Shown: piece by piece, positions 27,983 through 36,985 of the stretch
Numbering within the stretch: the first letter of the stretch is position 1
Layout of the letters: every line of letters starts with the position of its first letter
DNA from: an uncultured Gammaproteobacteria bacterium
GTDB taxonomy: Bacteria > Patescibacteriota > Patescibacteriia > Magasanikbacterales > GWA2-37-8
Reading direction: 5' to 3'
NCBI GenBank assembly: GCA_964634875.1
Contig: CAZWKA010000008.1
Coordinates: 978-64,977, forward strand
Length of the DNA stretch: 64,000 nucleotides
Notes under the pieces: generated by a model
The model's input: the letters and a program-made list of their open reading frames with translations, nothing else
The model's database searches: none
What the model was told of the DNA's origin: nothing
Program-made: the position numbers and the translations under genes

Positions 27983-30076
27983 TTACTTCTTTTTCGCCGG
28001 TCGTCCTTTTTTACTTTTCTCCACTTCCCCACTCGACTTCTGCCGTGCGGTCAATTCACGAATCTCATCACGCAGTATCGCCGCCAGCTCGAATTCAAGT
28101 CCTTTGGCCGCATCCTTCATCTGCGCTTCTTTGTCTTTAATAATCACGCTGAGCGGCCGATCGTCCCCAAGCGTATCAAGGTTCGCAAGTTCGGCGCGGC
28201 GACGTTTATGTTCCTTTGTATTTCCACCGGGTGAAGTTTCGCTAATACCAAACTCTTCCAAAATATTACGAATTGTTTTTTGAATTGTTTTTGGAGTAAT
28301 ACCATGTTCCTCATTATACGCCAGCTGAATTTTACGGCGACGATTGGTTTCGGCAATCGCACGCTCGATCGAACCAGTGCTGTGGTCAGCATACAGCACC
28401 ACCTGCCCATTCACATTACGCGCCGCGCGGCCGATCGTCTGGATCAAACTCGTTTCACTGCGCAAAAACCCTTCTTTATCAGCGTCAAGAATTGCAACCA
28501 GCGACACTTCTGGCATGTCGAGTCCTTCACGCAAAAGATTAACTCCAACCAAAACATCAATCTTGCCTTGACGCAACTCCATGATTACCGTAATACGATC
28601 AAGCGTCTGGACATCGCTGTGCAAAAATTTTACTTTCACTTTCTTCTCTTCCAAAAATTGCGTCAGGTCTTCAGCCATGCGCTTCGTCAGTGTAGTGACC
28701 AGCACGCGCTCTTTGGCCGCAATGCGTTCATCAATCCGGATCATCAGGTCTTCGATCTGCGAAAGGCCGTTGTCAGCTTTGCTCGGCGTGATCGGGCGAA
28801 TAATAACTTCCGGATCAATTAAACCTGTCGGACGGACGACTTGCTCCACCACTTGCTTACTTTCACTAATTTCGTATTCGGTCGGGGTTGCCGAAACATA
28901 CACCACCTGGTCAACTAATTTTTCAAATTCTTCGTAGCGCAGCGGTCGGTTATCACGCGCGCTCGGCAACCTAAACCCGTGTTCGACCAACGTGTCTTTA
29001 CGTGCTCGGTCGCCATTATACATAGCACGCACCTGCGGCACTGTTACGTGCGACTCATCAATAATGGTTAAGAAATTTTTTGCCCCATGCTTGAAATAAT
29101 CGAGGAGCGTAAACGACGGTTCACCTTCGGACCGACCTTCAAAATGACGGGAATAATTTTCAATACCGTTGCAATACCCAATATTTTTAATCAGTTCCAA
29201 ATCATAACTCACCCGACGCTTCAAACGGTCGCGTTCCAGTAATTTTCCTTGCCGGTCAAAAAGCGCTAACTGTTGTTCAAGCTCATCTTTGATACGGACG
29301 AATGCACGTTCCCGCGCTTCCTCGCCAACCACATAATGTTTTGCCGGAAAAAGCCACACATCTTCTTGCTCGCGTTTAATTTTGCGCGTCAGCGGATCAA
29401 CCTGCTCAATACGATCGATGTGCGCGCTGATCTCGAAACGATAAATCATCTCTTCGTTCACCGGCATAATCTCGAATACCTGCCCCTGCATCCGAAAGGT
29501 ACCGCGGCGCATGTCTGCGGTTGTACGTTCGAATTGCATGCCAATGAGCTGTTCCATCATGCCGCGCCGGTCGAGATTGTCGCCCACCCGCAGATGCAAA
29601 ACGTCTTTTTCATAGGCCGCCGGCGAACCCAAACCATAGATTGCCGAAACTGACGCCACAATAATAACATCACGCCGCGTCAACAAGGCCTGTGTACACG
29701 CATGGCGCAGACGATCTATTTCTTGGTTGATCTGCGCTTCTTTTTCAATATACGTATCACTGGTAGGAATATACGCTTCCGGCTGATAGTAGTCGTAGTA
29801 GCTCACAAAATACTCGACGACGTTCTCGGGAAAAAAATCACGGAATTCGTTACAGAGCTGGGCCGCCAGCGTCTTGTTGTGCGCGATCACCAGCGTCGGC
29901 ATCTGGACACGCTCAATCACGTTCGCCATTGTGAACGTTTTACCCGAACCGGTAACCCCAAGCAGGGTTTGCTTTTTAAACCCTTCGGCAAGACCTTGAG
30001 TCAACTGATCAATGGCTTTAGGCTGATCACCAGCTGGTTTGTATTGTGAAACGATTGAAAACTTCATACAACCCAT
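27983..30076 (-). CDS. uvrB: Excinuclease ABC subunit B
   Basis: Helicase motif I GVTGSGKTFTMANVI, a beta-hairpin region, and a C-terminal UVR domain (..ELAAILRDEIRELTAR..). True start probably the MKFSIV.. Met at 30067. Confidence 0.95.
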   Translation of the reverse strand: MGCMKFSIVSQYKPAGDQPKAIDQLTQGLAEGFKKQTLLGVTGSGKTFTMANVIERVQMPTLVIAHNKTLAAQLCNEFRDFFPENVVEYFVSYYDYYQPEAYIPTSDTYIEKEAQINQEIDRLRHACTQALLTRRDVIIVASVSAIYGLGSPAAYEKDVLHLRVGDNLDRRGMMEQLIGMQFERTTADMRRGTFRMQGQVFEIMPVNEEMIYRFEISAHIDRIEQVDPLTRKIKREQEDVWLFPAKHYVVGEEARERAFVRIKDELEQQLALFDRQGKLLERDRLKRRVSYDLELIKNIGYCNGIENYSRHFEGRSEGEPSFTLLDYFKHGAKNFLTIIDESHVTVPQVRAMYNGDRARKDTLVEHGFRLPSARDNRPLRYEEFEKLVDQVVYVSATPTEYEISESKQVVEQVVRPTGLIDPEVIIRPITPSKADNGLSQIEDLMIRIDERIAAKERVLVTTLTKRMAEDLTQFLEEKKVKVKFLHSDVQTLDRITVIMELRQGKIDVLVGVNLLREGLDMPEVSLVAILDADKEGFLRSETSLIQTIGRAARNVNGQVVLYADHSTGSIERAIAETNRRRKIQLAYNEEHGITPKTIQKTIRNILEEFGISETSPGGNTKEHKRRRAELANLDTLGDDRPLSVIIKDKEAQMKDAAKGLEFELAAILRDEIRELTARQKSSGEVEKSKKGRPAKKK

Positions 30077-30115
30077 TAAAACACGAAAACATTAAAACAA
30101 CAATTATTTTAATGA

Positions 30116-31210
30116 TTAATATTTCCTCACCACCATGCTTTGAGCAATGCCAATAAGCAACATATTCACTATAAGTGACGACCCGCCATAACTCACAAAC
30201 GGCAAGGTTACCCCAGTCACTGGCAAAAGTCCAATCTCTGCCCCAATATTGATAAAAAACTGGCTGGCGAACAACACGGTGATTCCAGCCAAGGTCGCCG
30301 ACACAAAATCATCATTAGTACTTTGCATGATAACAATCAGTCTCCAAAGCATAACCCCGTAGAGAGTCACCAGGATAGCCGTACCCGCAAAACCCAGCTC
30401 TTCGCCGATAACTGAAAACACAAAGTCAGTTTGTGCTTCAGGCAAAAACCGTAACTGGCTTTGCGAACCAAATCCCAAACCACGACCAAACACCTTTCCG
30501 GCTCCCACCGCAATCGTTGATTGCATCACGTTATACCCGGTATTAAGTGGATCGCGATCTGGATGGATAAAATTGAGTAACCGGTCTTTTTGGTAGCCCT
30601 CAAGCAGAAAAAACCAAGCCGCAACCGAAAAAAGAACACCCACTACGACAAGTCCCACCATATGACGAGCTCTCGCTCCTACCAAATACATGAGTCCAAA
30701 CCAGATTATACCAATCAAAACAGCTGATCCTAAATCAGGCTGGCGCATAATAAGTGCAATGAGGCACAGCGTGATAAAACCAGTACCGAAAAAAAATAAG
30801 GGACGCTCAAACCGCCGTCCAAAATGTGCGACGATGGCCGCTAAAAGCAAAATTATCCCTATCTTGGCAAACTCAACCGGTTGAAGGGAAAATCCGCCGA
30901 TCACAAACCAGCCCCGGGTGCCACGAATAGTCTGCCCAAAAATAAGGACACCAATCAATAGGAGCAGCGACCCAAAATAGGCTAGTTTTGCCCCCGAACG
31001 GAACCAGCTATAGTGAAGCATGCTGGCAAAAATCGCGAGCGTAAGACCAAGTCCAAAAGCAATAAACTGTTTCCTAAAAAAAATGAGTTCAGTACCACGC
31101 GATAAATCAACACTGTAAATGGCCTCCATACCCATGGCAACCAAAAGAAATACTGCCACCATCAGGATCCAGTCGAAACTGCGTGAAGAAAATTTATGGA
31201 AATTCAGCAT
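30116..31210 (-). CDS. FtsW/RodA/SpoVE-family peptidoglycan glycosyltransferase (SEDS)
   Basis: 10-TM SEDS pattern with ..GSSLIVNMLLIGIAQS.. and ..FVFSVIGEELGF.. motifs. 364 aa. Confidence 0.85.
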   Translation of the reverse strand: MLNFHKFSSRSFDWILMVAVFLLVAMGMEAIYSVDLSRGTELIFFRKQFIAFGLGLTLAIFASMLHYSWFRSGAKLAYFGSLLLLIGVLIFGQTIRGTRGWFVIGGFSLQPVEFAKIGIILLLAAIVAHFGRRFERPLFFFGTGFITLCLIALIMRQPDLGSAVLIGIIWFGLMYLVGARARHMVGLVVVGVLFSVAAWFFLLEGYQKDRLLNFIHPDRDPLNTGYNVMQSTIAVGAGKVFGRGLGFGSQSQLRFLPEAQTDFVFSVIGEELGFAGTAILVTLYGVMLWRLIVIMQSTNDDFVSATLAGITVLFASQFFINIGAEIGLLPVTGVTLPFVSYGGSSLIVNMLLIGIAQSMVVRKY

Positions 31211-31295
31211 AGATCAAACAAGATACAAACGATAGAGAATACACTGCGTCCACCGGGGCGCACCAAACGTACTCCTTATTGTTTGTATCTTGTAG

Positions 31296-32321
31296 TTATT
31301 TCTCAGGCGGCAAATAAACTGCATCGTCGTACACGTTGACCAGAGGGAAAATTTTTACCTCATTAACACTCAGGTTTGATCCGAAACTCCGCAGGTCGAT
31401 ATTTTTTGAGGCTAGTGACGTAAAATTATCAAGCGATAACGGCAGGAGGCCGACCAGGTTCTGATCCAAATACAGTCCCACATAAAACCGGGCAGTTTTA
31501 TAACTGTAGGCACTTTGGTTTGTTAGGGTGAAACGAATTATCTCAGCGTTAGCGCCACTCTCATCAAACTGGGGAATAAACTCAAAATTGCTCACCAAAA
31601 AATTAAGGCGTTCCCGCTGCCAGGTTTCTGGATCCAAAAACTCACGGTTCGACAAACGCTTCCAAGCAATATTATCAATCGTTAGGACTGCGCTATCCGG
31701 ATAGGTGTCAGCACTTAACCCCAAATAAGCCACCGGGCGGTTCTCGCGCGGCAAAAGCGTGGTCGTTTGGGACGGCGTCTTAGTTCCATTAAAACTAAAA
31801 TAATAATCGAAGGTGACCAAAAACCGCGGGTTGGAATTAACGACGTCAGCTACCAAATCGTACTTACCAACTCCGCCCGAGTACACTGCTGTACTCAGTA
31901 CTTCAAGCGGCTTAGCGGCAAAACGACTATTGAGTACGGTATAATTTTCAAAACTCGTTAAACCCCGGTCGACCTCAGCGCTTTCTTGTAAACCAAATAT
32001 AAGATACTTCCCCAGCGCAAACAACGAAAAGAAAGCTGTCCCAGCTGCCAGCGCCATAAGCGTCCCCACCAAAATCCGATACAACAGGAGCCGGTGACGG
32101 ACATACCAAAAACCATACTTTAGCTCTTGGCCAGTAAACTCACCGCTCGGATCAACATACTTCTCATAGTTCACTTTCTTGGCAGCAACGACTGGTGCGC
32201 GTCCTGTCGGGGAAGTGGAATGGTTGTTGGCATTATAAATATTGAGCACAAAATATGTAGGATATGATACTCCTAAGTATAGCCCAAAATTTCCATTTTG
32301 ACCACCACCCTTGACAGCCAC
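31296..32321 (-). CDS. Membrane-anchored hypothetical protein (true N-terminus uncertain)
   Basis: The track ORF runs to 32747, but its first ~128 codons overlap the rnpB gene and promoter on the opposite strand. The real start is therefore downstream: a candidate GTG at 32321, or the Met at 32057 just before the TM helix. The large C-terminal extracytoplasmic domain has no recognised family. Confidence 0.4.
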   Translation of the reverse strand: MAVKGGGQNGNFGLYLGVSYPTYFVLNIYNANNHSTSPTGRAPVVAAKKVNYEKYVDPSGEFTGQELKYGFWYVRHRLLLYRILVGTLMALAAGTAFFSLFALGKYLIFGLQESAEVDRGLTSFENYTVLNSRFAAKPLEVLSTAVYSGGVGKYDLVADVVNSNPRFLVTFDYYFSFNGTKTPSQTTTLLPRENRPVAYLGLSADTYPDSAVLTIDNIAWKRLSNREFLDPETWQRERLNFLVSNFEFIPQFDESGANAEIIRFTLTNQSAYSYKTARFYVGLYLDQNLVGLLPLSLDNFTSLASKNIDLRSFGSNLSVNEVKIFPLVNVYDDAVYLPPEK

Positions 32322-32325
32322 CTGA

Positions 32326-32354
32326 TTGACAAGAACGATGAAATATCGTATACT
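32326..32354 (+). promoter_or_regulatory. Sigma70-like promoter (TTGACA-17-TATACT) for rnpB
   Basis: TTGACA 32326-32331 and TATACT 32349-32354, about 8 nt before the P1 helix 5' strand. Confidence 0.55.
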
Positions 32355-32361
32355 ATTAACT

Positions 32362-32828
32362 CTATTACTGGTAATCGCCGGGCAAAAAGGCTCGGAGGAA
32401 AGTCCGAACACCCTTGTTTTTAACAAGACAATGGCAGTGGGTAACCCCCACCCCCCGACCTGTGAAGTATCGGGGAGGGACAGTGGCACAGAGACAATAC
32501 TAGCCCCGTCCACTTCGGTGGATGGGACCAAAGGTGAAAAGTGTATGGAGGTTCTGGTTCTCGAGACCAAAGCTACCATACTCGCCCTGGCTGTGAAGCC
32601 AGTGGCAGTGCTAAACCCTGCCTGGTGCAAGAGCAGCGTGCCGCGAAGCGTCAGAGAGGCGCTTTGCCTGGCGCGAAAAGTTCGCTCGCTTGGCTTGCCC
32701 AAATTCTCACGAATGAAGGCAGCCTGATTGCAACAGTAATGCTGCAACTAGAAAAATGATTATCTTCCCAATCTGTCTGCCGATAGGCAAGCCCGGTTGG
32801 GAAACAAAATTCGGCTTATAGTAATAGC
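32362..32828 (+). ncRNA. rnpB: RNase P RNA (bacterial type A-like), ~467 nt
   Basis: P4 5' strand GGAGGAAAGUCCGAACAC. P4 3' strand ACAAAAUUCGGCUUAUAG pairs with it, including the characteristic bulge. P1 pairing CUAUUACU (32362-32369) with AGUAAUAG (32820-32827). Internal matches to conserved stretches (GGGUAACCCC, AAGGUGAAAAGUG, UAAACCCUGCCUGGUGCAAGAGCA). Promoter upstream and terminator downstream. Confidence 0.8.
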
Positions 32829-32830
32829 GC

Positions 32831-32855
32831 AAAACCTTCCGCAAGGAAGGTTTTG
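32831..32855 (+). terminator. Rho-independent terminator of rnpB
   Basis: CCUUCC-GCAA-GGAAGG followed by UUUU. Confidence 0.55.
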
Positions 32856-32945
32856 TCGTTAGCCAAAAAAAATGATTGACGCGCGGGTCTGCTTAACATA
32901 CAATAGAGACACTATTTTGATCATTTTTCTTACCCACCCCGTGGT

Positions 32946-34367
32946 ATGAAACGTTTTGAGCTTACGTTCACCTTCCTCCAGCTGCCGGTTGATTACCTCA
33001 TGCTTGTTTTGGCTGGGCTCACTGCCTTTACCCTTCGTTTTCATCCAACAGTTACAGCTATCCGACCAGTACTCTTTGCTCTGTCCTGGCCCCGGTACAC
33101 CCAAGCGGTCCTTTTGGTAGCTTTGGGCTGGATTATACTCTTCAGTTTGTCTGGCCTCTATAGCACCAACCCCAACCGAAAATTTTCTCGCGAAATTACC
33201 CGTATTATCACTGCTTGCTCCACCGGTTTTGCAGCCATTACCATTTACGTCTTCTTTACCTTACAAAAATTTGACTCCCGTTTTCTGGTTTTGATCGGCT
33301 GGGTGCTGGCCATGCTCTACACCCTGGCTGGGCGACTGATTATGCGGGGCATCAAAGCCCTGCTATATCGCGCAGGCATTGGTTTACGTCGGACCGTTAT
33401 CATTGGTAACCAGCCAATCAGCAAAACAATAGCTGAAACACTTCAACAAGAACCACGCCTTGGGTATACGGTTGATACAGCTTTCCCTCACTTTGATCAA
33501 ATAACTAAGGGTAGCTTAAAAAAAAGCCTGCCTGACGAAATTATTTTCACCAATCCTCAAGGCAACCAGGAAGAAGTCCTCGAGGCAATCGACTTCGCCA
33601 ACGAACACCATATTGTTTTTAAATATTCAGCCGACCTCTTTGCTACCATTTCCACCAACACCACTGTGTCGACAATTGCCGGGGTTCCGATTATCGAACT
33701 GCGACGCACCCGCCTGACGGGCTGGGGACGTATCATCAAACGTTGCATCGACATCGTTGGCAGCCTACTTTTCATCCTTTTTTTCTGGCCAATCTACCTA
33801 GCTATCAGTCTAGTAATCCTCGTTGAGACAGGCAGACCAGTCATTTATAAAAATACGCGCGTTGGACAAAACGGGATTACCTTTGCCACCCTCAAATTCC
33901 GTTCCATGTACCAAAAATATTGTACAGGAGAACAATTTGGCACGATCGGTGAAGCTGCTCTTAAAGAAGAAAAAAAACTCATCAAGACCAATAGTAGCCG
34001 GACCGGTCCCTTGTACAAAATTAAAAACGACCCCCGCATCACCACCTTTGGACGGTTTATCCGTCGCTGGAGCCTTGACGAACTCCCTCAGTTCATCAAT
34101 GTCTTAAAAGGTGATATGAGCCTGGTGGGACCGCGCCCACATCAACCCCGCGAAGTTGAGCAATACCAAAAACACCACCGGGTCGTACTTGCCATAAAAC
34201 CAGGCATTTCAGGCCTTGCTCAAATTTCCGGCCGCGCCAACCTAAGCTTTGAAGACGAGGTTCGCCTCGATACCTTTTACATCGAAAACTGGAATTTATT
34301 GCTCGACCTTATCATTCTCATCAAGACACCATTCGTGGTGGTCAGAAAAGATGGCGCTATCGTATGA
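32946..34367 (+). CDS. Polyprenyl-phosphate sugar phosphotransferase (WbaP/bacterial sugar transferase family)
   Basis: N-terminal TM bundle plus the C-terminal bacterial sugar transferase signature ..DELPQFINVLKGDMSLVGPRP... Confidence 0.85.
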   Translation: MKRFELTFTFLQLPVDYLMLVLAGLTAFTLRFHPTVTAIRPVLFALSWPRYTQAVLLVALGWIILFSLSGLYSTNPNRKFSREITRIITACSTGFAAITIYVFFTLQKFDSRFLVLIGWVLAMLYTLAGRLIMRGIKALLYRAGIGLRRTVIIGNQPISKTIAETLQQEPRLGYTVDTAFPHFDQITKGSLKKSLPDEIIFTNPQGNQEEVLEAIDFANEHHIVFKYSADLFATISTNTTVSTIAGVPIIELRRTRLTGWGRIIKRCIDIVGSLLFILFFWPIYLAISLVILVETGRPVIYKNTRVGQNGITFATLKFRSMYQKYCTGEQFGTIGEAALKEEKKLIKTNSSRTGPLYKIKNDPRITTFGRFIRRWSLDELPQFINVLKGDMSLVGPRPHQPREVEQYQKHHRVVLAIKPGISGLAQISGRANLSFEDEVRLDTFYIENWNLLLDLIILIKTPFVVVRKDGAIV

Positions 34368-35485
34368 AGCTCGCTTTAGTACACGATTATCTAGCTCAAG
34401 ACGGAGGGGCGGAGCGGGTACTACAAACACTGCATGAACTGTGGCCCGAAGCCCCTCTTTTTGTTTTATTTCACGATCCTAAAAAAATCAGCTCCTTCCC
34501 CAAACATCTCATTCGTGAATCCTGGCTAGCTAAACTCCCTTTTATCAAAACTCATTATCAGTGGTACCTCCCCTGGATGCCTAACGCCACCGAAAACTAC
34601 AACCTCAACGATTTCGACGTCGTTGTTTCATCCACCAGCGCCTTTGCCAAAGGCGTCATTGTCCCCCCAGAGACCCTCCATATTTCTTACTGTCATACCC
34701 CGCCGCGGTATCTGTGGAACGACAGGCATGAATACTTGGCCGACCTTAACTCCAACTGGCTCGTCAAAGCATTTTTGCCCCAAATCATTTTTCGCTTGCG
34801 CCTCTGGGATAAAATGAGCGCCGACCGAGTGGATCATTTTATTGCCAACTCCCATACCGTCGAAGGGCGCATCCAAAAATATTACCGGCGCACGAGCGAC
34901 GTTATCTATCCGCCGGTTGATACTGAACGTTTTTTTATTTCACCAAACATTGGAAATTATTTTGTGGCAGGCGGACGCCTGGTGCCCTACAAACGACTCG
35001 ACTTGGTTGTGCAGGCTTTTAACCGCCTCCACTACCCGCTCAAAATTTTTGGTACCGGCCCCGAGCTCGACAGCCTCAAAAAACATGCCAGACCCAATAT
35101 TGAATTCCTTGGCCGAATTGACGATGAAGCCAAAGCCATTCTCCTCAGCCAAGCACAGGCCTTTATCCATCCGCAACTCGAAGATTTTGGCATCACCCCG
35201 GTCGAGTCGCTCGCCAGCGGCCGCCCGGTCATCGCCTTTGCCGCAGGCGGCGCCACCGAGACAGTGGTTCCTCATGAAACGGGCGAATTTTTCTATAAAC
35301 AAAACTGGGAATCGCTTCTCAACGCTGTTCTACACTTTAAATCCGAAAGTTGGGACAGCGCGCACATCCGCGAACATGCCCTTAAATTTTCCAACAGTAA
35401 TTTTAAAACAAACATTAAAAAATACGTTGACGACCGGTACGAAGAATTTAGTAAAAAGCTTAATCAGGAGTCATTGCTCGGCTAA
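34364..35485 (+). CDS. Glycosyltransferase family 4 (GT-B)
   Basis: C-terminal GT4 motif ..EDFGITPVESLASGRPVIAF... 4-bp overlap with the upstream gene, suggesting an operon. Confidence 0.8.
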   Translation: MKLALVHDYLAQDGGAERVLQTLHELWPEAPLFVLFHDPKKISSFPKHLIRESWLAKLPFIKTHYQWYLPWMPNATENYNLNDFDVVVSSTSAFAKGVIVPPETLHISYCHTPPRYLWNDRHEYLADLNSNWLVKAFLPQIIFRLRLWDKMSADRVDHFIANSHTVEGRIQKYYRRTSDVIYPPVDTERFFISPNIGNYFVAGGRLVPYKRLDLVVQAFNRLHYPLKIFGTGPELDSLKKHARPNIEFLGRIDDEAKAILLSQAQAFIHPQLEDFGITPVESLASGRPVIAFAAGGATETVVPHETGEFFYKQNWESLLNAVLHFKSESWDSAHIREHALKFSNSNFKTNIKKYVDDRYEEFSKKLNQESLLG

Positions 35486-35544
35486 AAGAAGAAAGGTCGC
35501 GCACCGAAGTGGCGACCTAAGAAGGAAGTGTGGCAGAAAAACCG

Positions 35545-35745
35545 TCAGTACAGGCCATCTGGCCGGGGGGAAGGACGCTCTCGCTCAGCATCCAGTTGGT
35601 CGGCGAGCTGGGCAGGGGTGAGCTGTTCGTTATTGAACAGATCTCTGCCCAAAAGCTCAGCTGGCTTCGGGACTACCTCCGCCACTACCACGACACCGGG
35701 ATGTCGGTCAGCGAGCGCGCAATCATCGCCAGAACCTTGCTCCAT
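35545..35745 (-). CDS. Tiny ORF (66 aa) in a short high-GC patch, strong SD (hypothetical)
   Basis: GGAGG 5 nt upstream of the ATG on the minus strand. Local GC about 60% vs ~45% in flanks. No domain recognised; a longer ORF on the + strand overlaps the same patch. Confidence 0.2.
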   Translation of the reverse strand: MEQGSGDDCALADRHPGVVVVAEVVPKPAELLGRDLFNNEQLTPAQLADQLDAERERPSPRPDGLY

Positions 35746-35803
35746 GAAACCTCCTCTAATATATCAGTAAACCACCTCTTAATCCTATCGTCAACCGAGT
35801 ACT

Positions 35804-36955
35804 ATGCACATCGGCATCGACATCCGCTCACTCGCCTCCCCCATCAAAACCGGGGTTGGCGAATACACGTTTGAACTCTTAAACGCGCTTTTTACGATTG
35901 ATCACACCAATCACTATTATCTTTTTGCCAGTGGCCGAAAAAAAATCTTGACACATCTTCCGGAGTGGAAGCAGCCCAACGTGCACTATTGCCCCTTTCC
36001 CTACTCAAATAAACTCCTCAAACTATCCACTAAGCTGGCTGGCTGGCCAAAACTCGACCATACAATCACAAAACAAGCCGGTCTGCCCACCGGGCTCGAC
36101 TATTTCTTCTCACCCAGCATTAACTTCACCGCACTTTCAAAAAAGACCCCGCACATCGTCATGATCCACGATCTCACTTTTGAGTTTTTTCCCCATTTCT
36201 TTTCTGCCAAACAGCGTTTGTGGCACCTTGGCAGTAGTCCCAAAAAAACCTGCCAAACTGCTAAGAAAATTATTGTCCCTTCCGAAAATACAAAACGCGA
36301 CCTGGTTGATCATTATCAGCTCGATCCAAACAAAATAAATGTCATCTACCACGGCTATTCAACACTTTTTGACGGGGAAAAAAACACCTCAGAGAAAGAA
36401 CAAGTCCAAAAAAAATATGACCTCCCCGAACGATTTATCCTTTTTCTCGGCACCATTGAGCCGCGTAAAAATATTCTTGCTCTAATTGAAGGTTTTGAAA
36501 CAGCGGCGCGCCGCCTTGATCCCGCAATTCATCTAGTCATTGCCGGGTCGCCGGGCTGGAAAAATAAGCCAGTGTTCAAACGGATAGCCCAATCACCCTT
36601 TAAGGAACGCATCACCCATATCGGCTACATTGACACCGAAGATAAACCCGGCCTGTACCAAGCTGCTGAAATTTTCGCCTACCCCAGCTACTACGAAGGG
36701 TTTGGTTTTCCTATCATCGAAGCTATGGCCAGCGGTACGCCGGTAATAACCTCAAATCGCTCTTCGCTACCAGAAATTGCCGGAAGTGCCGCCTATTTCA
36801 TTAATCCCAACAAACCCCACACCATTGCCGAGGGTCTCTGCCGAATAGTAAATGACCAAGAGCTAAAAAACCGCCTCATTACGGACGGTTACGAACAGGT
36901 TAAAAAATTTACATGGATGAAAGCAGCCGAAGCCTGGCTCAAGATGCTTGATTAA
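35804..36955 (+). CDS. Glycosyltransferase family 4
   Basis: EGFGFPIIEAMASGTPVITS, a GT4 EX7E-region motif. Confidence 0.85.
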   Translation: MHIGIDIRSLASPIKTGVGEYTFELLNALFTIDHTNHYYLFASGRKKILTHLPEWKQPNVHYCPFPYSNKLLKLSTKLAGWPKLDHTITKQAGLPTGLDYFFSPSINFTALSKKTPHIVMIHDLTFEFFPHFFSAKQRLWHLGSSPKKTCQTAKKIIVPSENTKRDLVDHYQLDPNKINVIYHGYSTLFDGEKNTSEKEQVQKKYDLPERFILFLGTIEPRKNILALIEGFETAARRLDPAIHLVIAGSPGWKNKPVFKRIAQSPFKERITHIGYIDTEDKPGLYQAAEIFAYPSYYEGFGFPIIEAMASGTPVITSNRSSLPEIAGSAAYFINPNKPHTIAEGLCRIVNDQELKNRLITDGYEQVKKFTWMKAAEAWLKMLD

Positions 36956-36985
36956 GACTGCCAAAAATTTACACGCGCCCTTTCG

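Noticed and set aside
32326-32759. ORFs 32326..32727 (+), 32541..32759 (+) and the first ~128 codons of 31296..32747 (-)
   Set aside because: They overlap the RNase P RNA gene and its promoter. The RNA identification (P4, P1, conserved loops, promoter and terminator) is much better supported than any of these reading frames.
35530-35874. 114-aa ORF on the + strand across the small high-GC patch
   Set aside because: It would overlap the start of the downstream GT4 gene by 70 nt and has no SD. The minus-strand 66-aa ORF has a perfect GGAGG-ATG and is kept as the (low-confidence) candidate instead.
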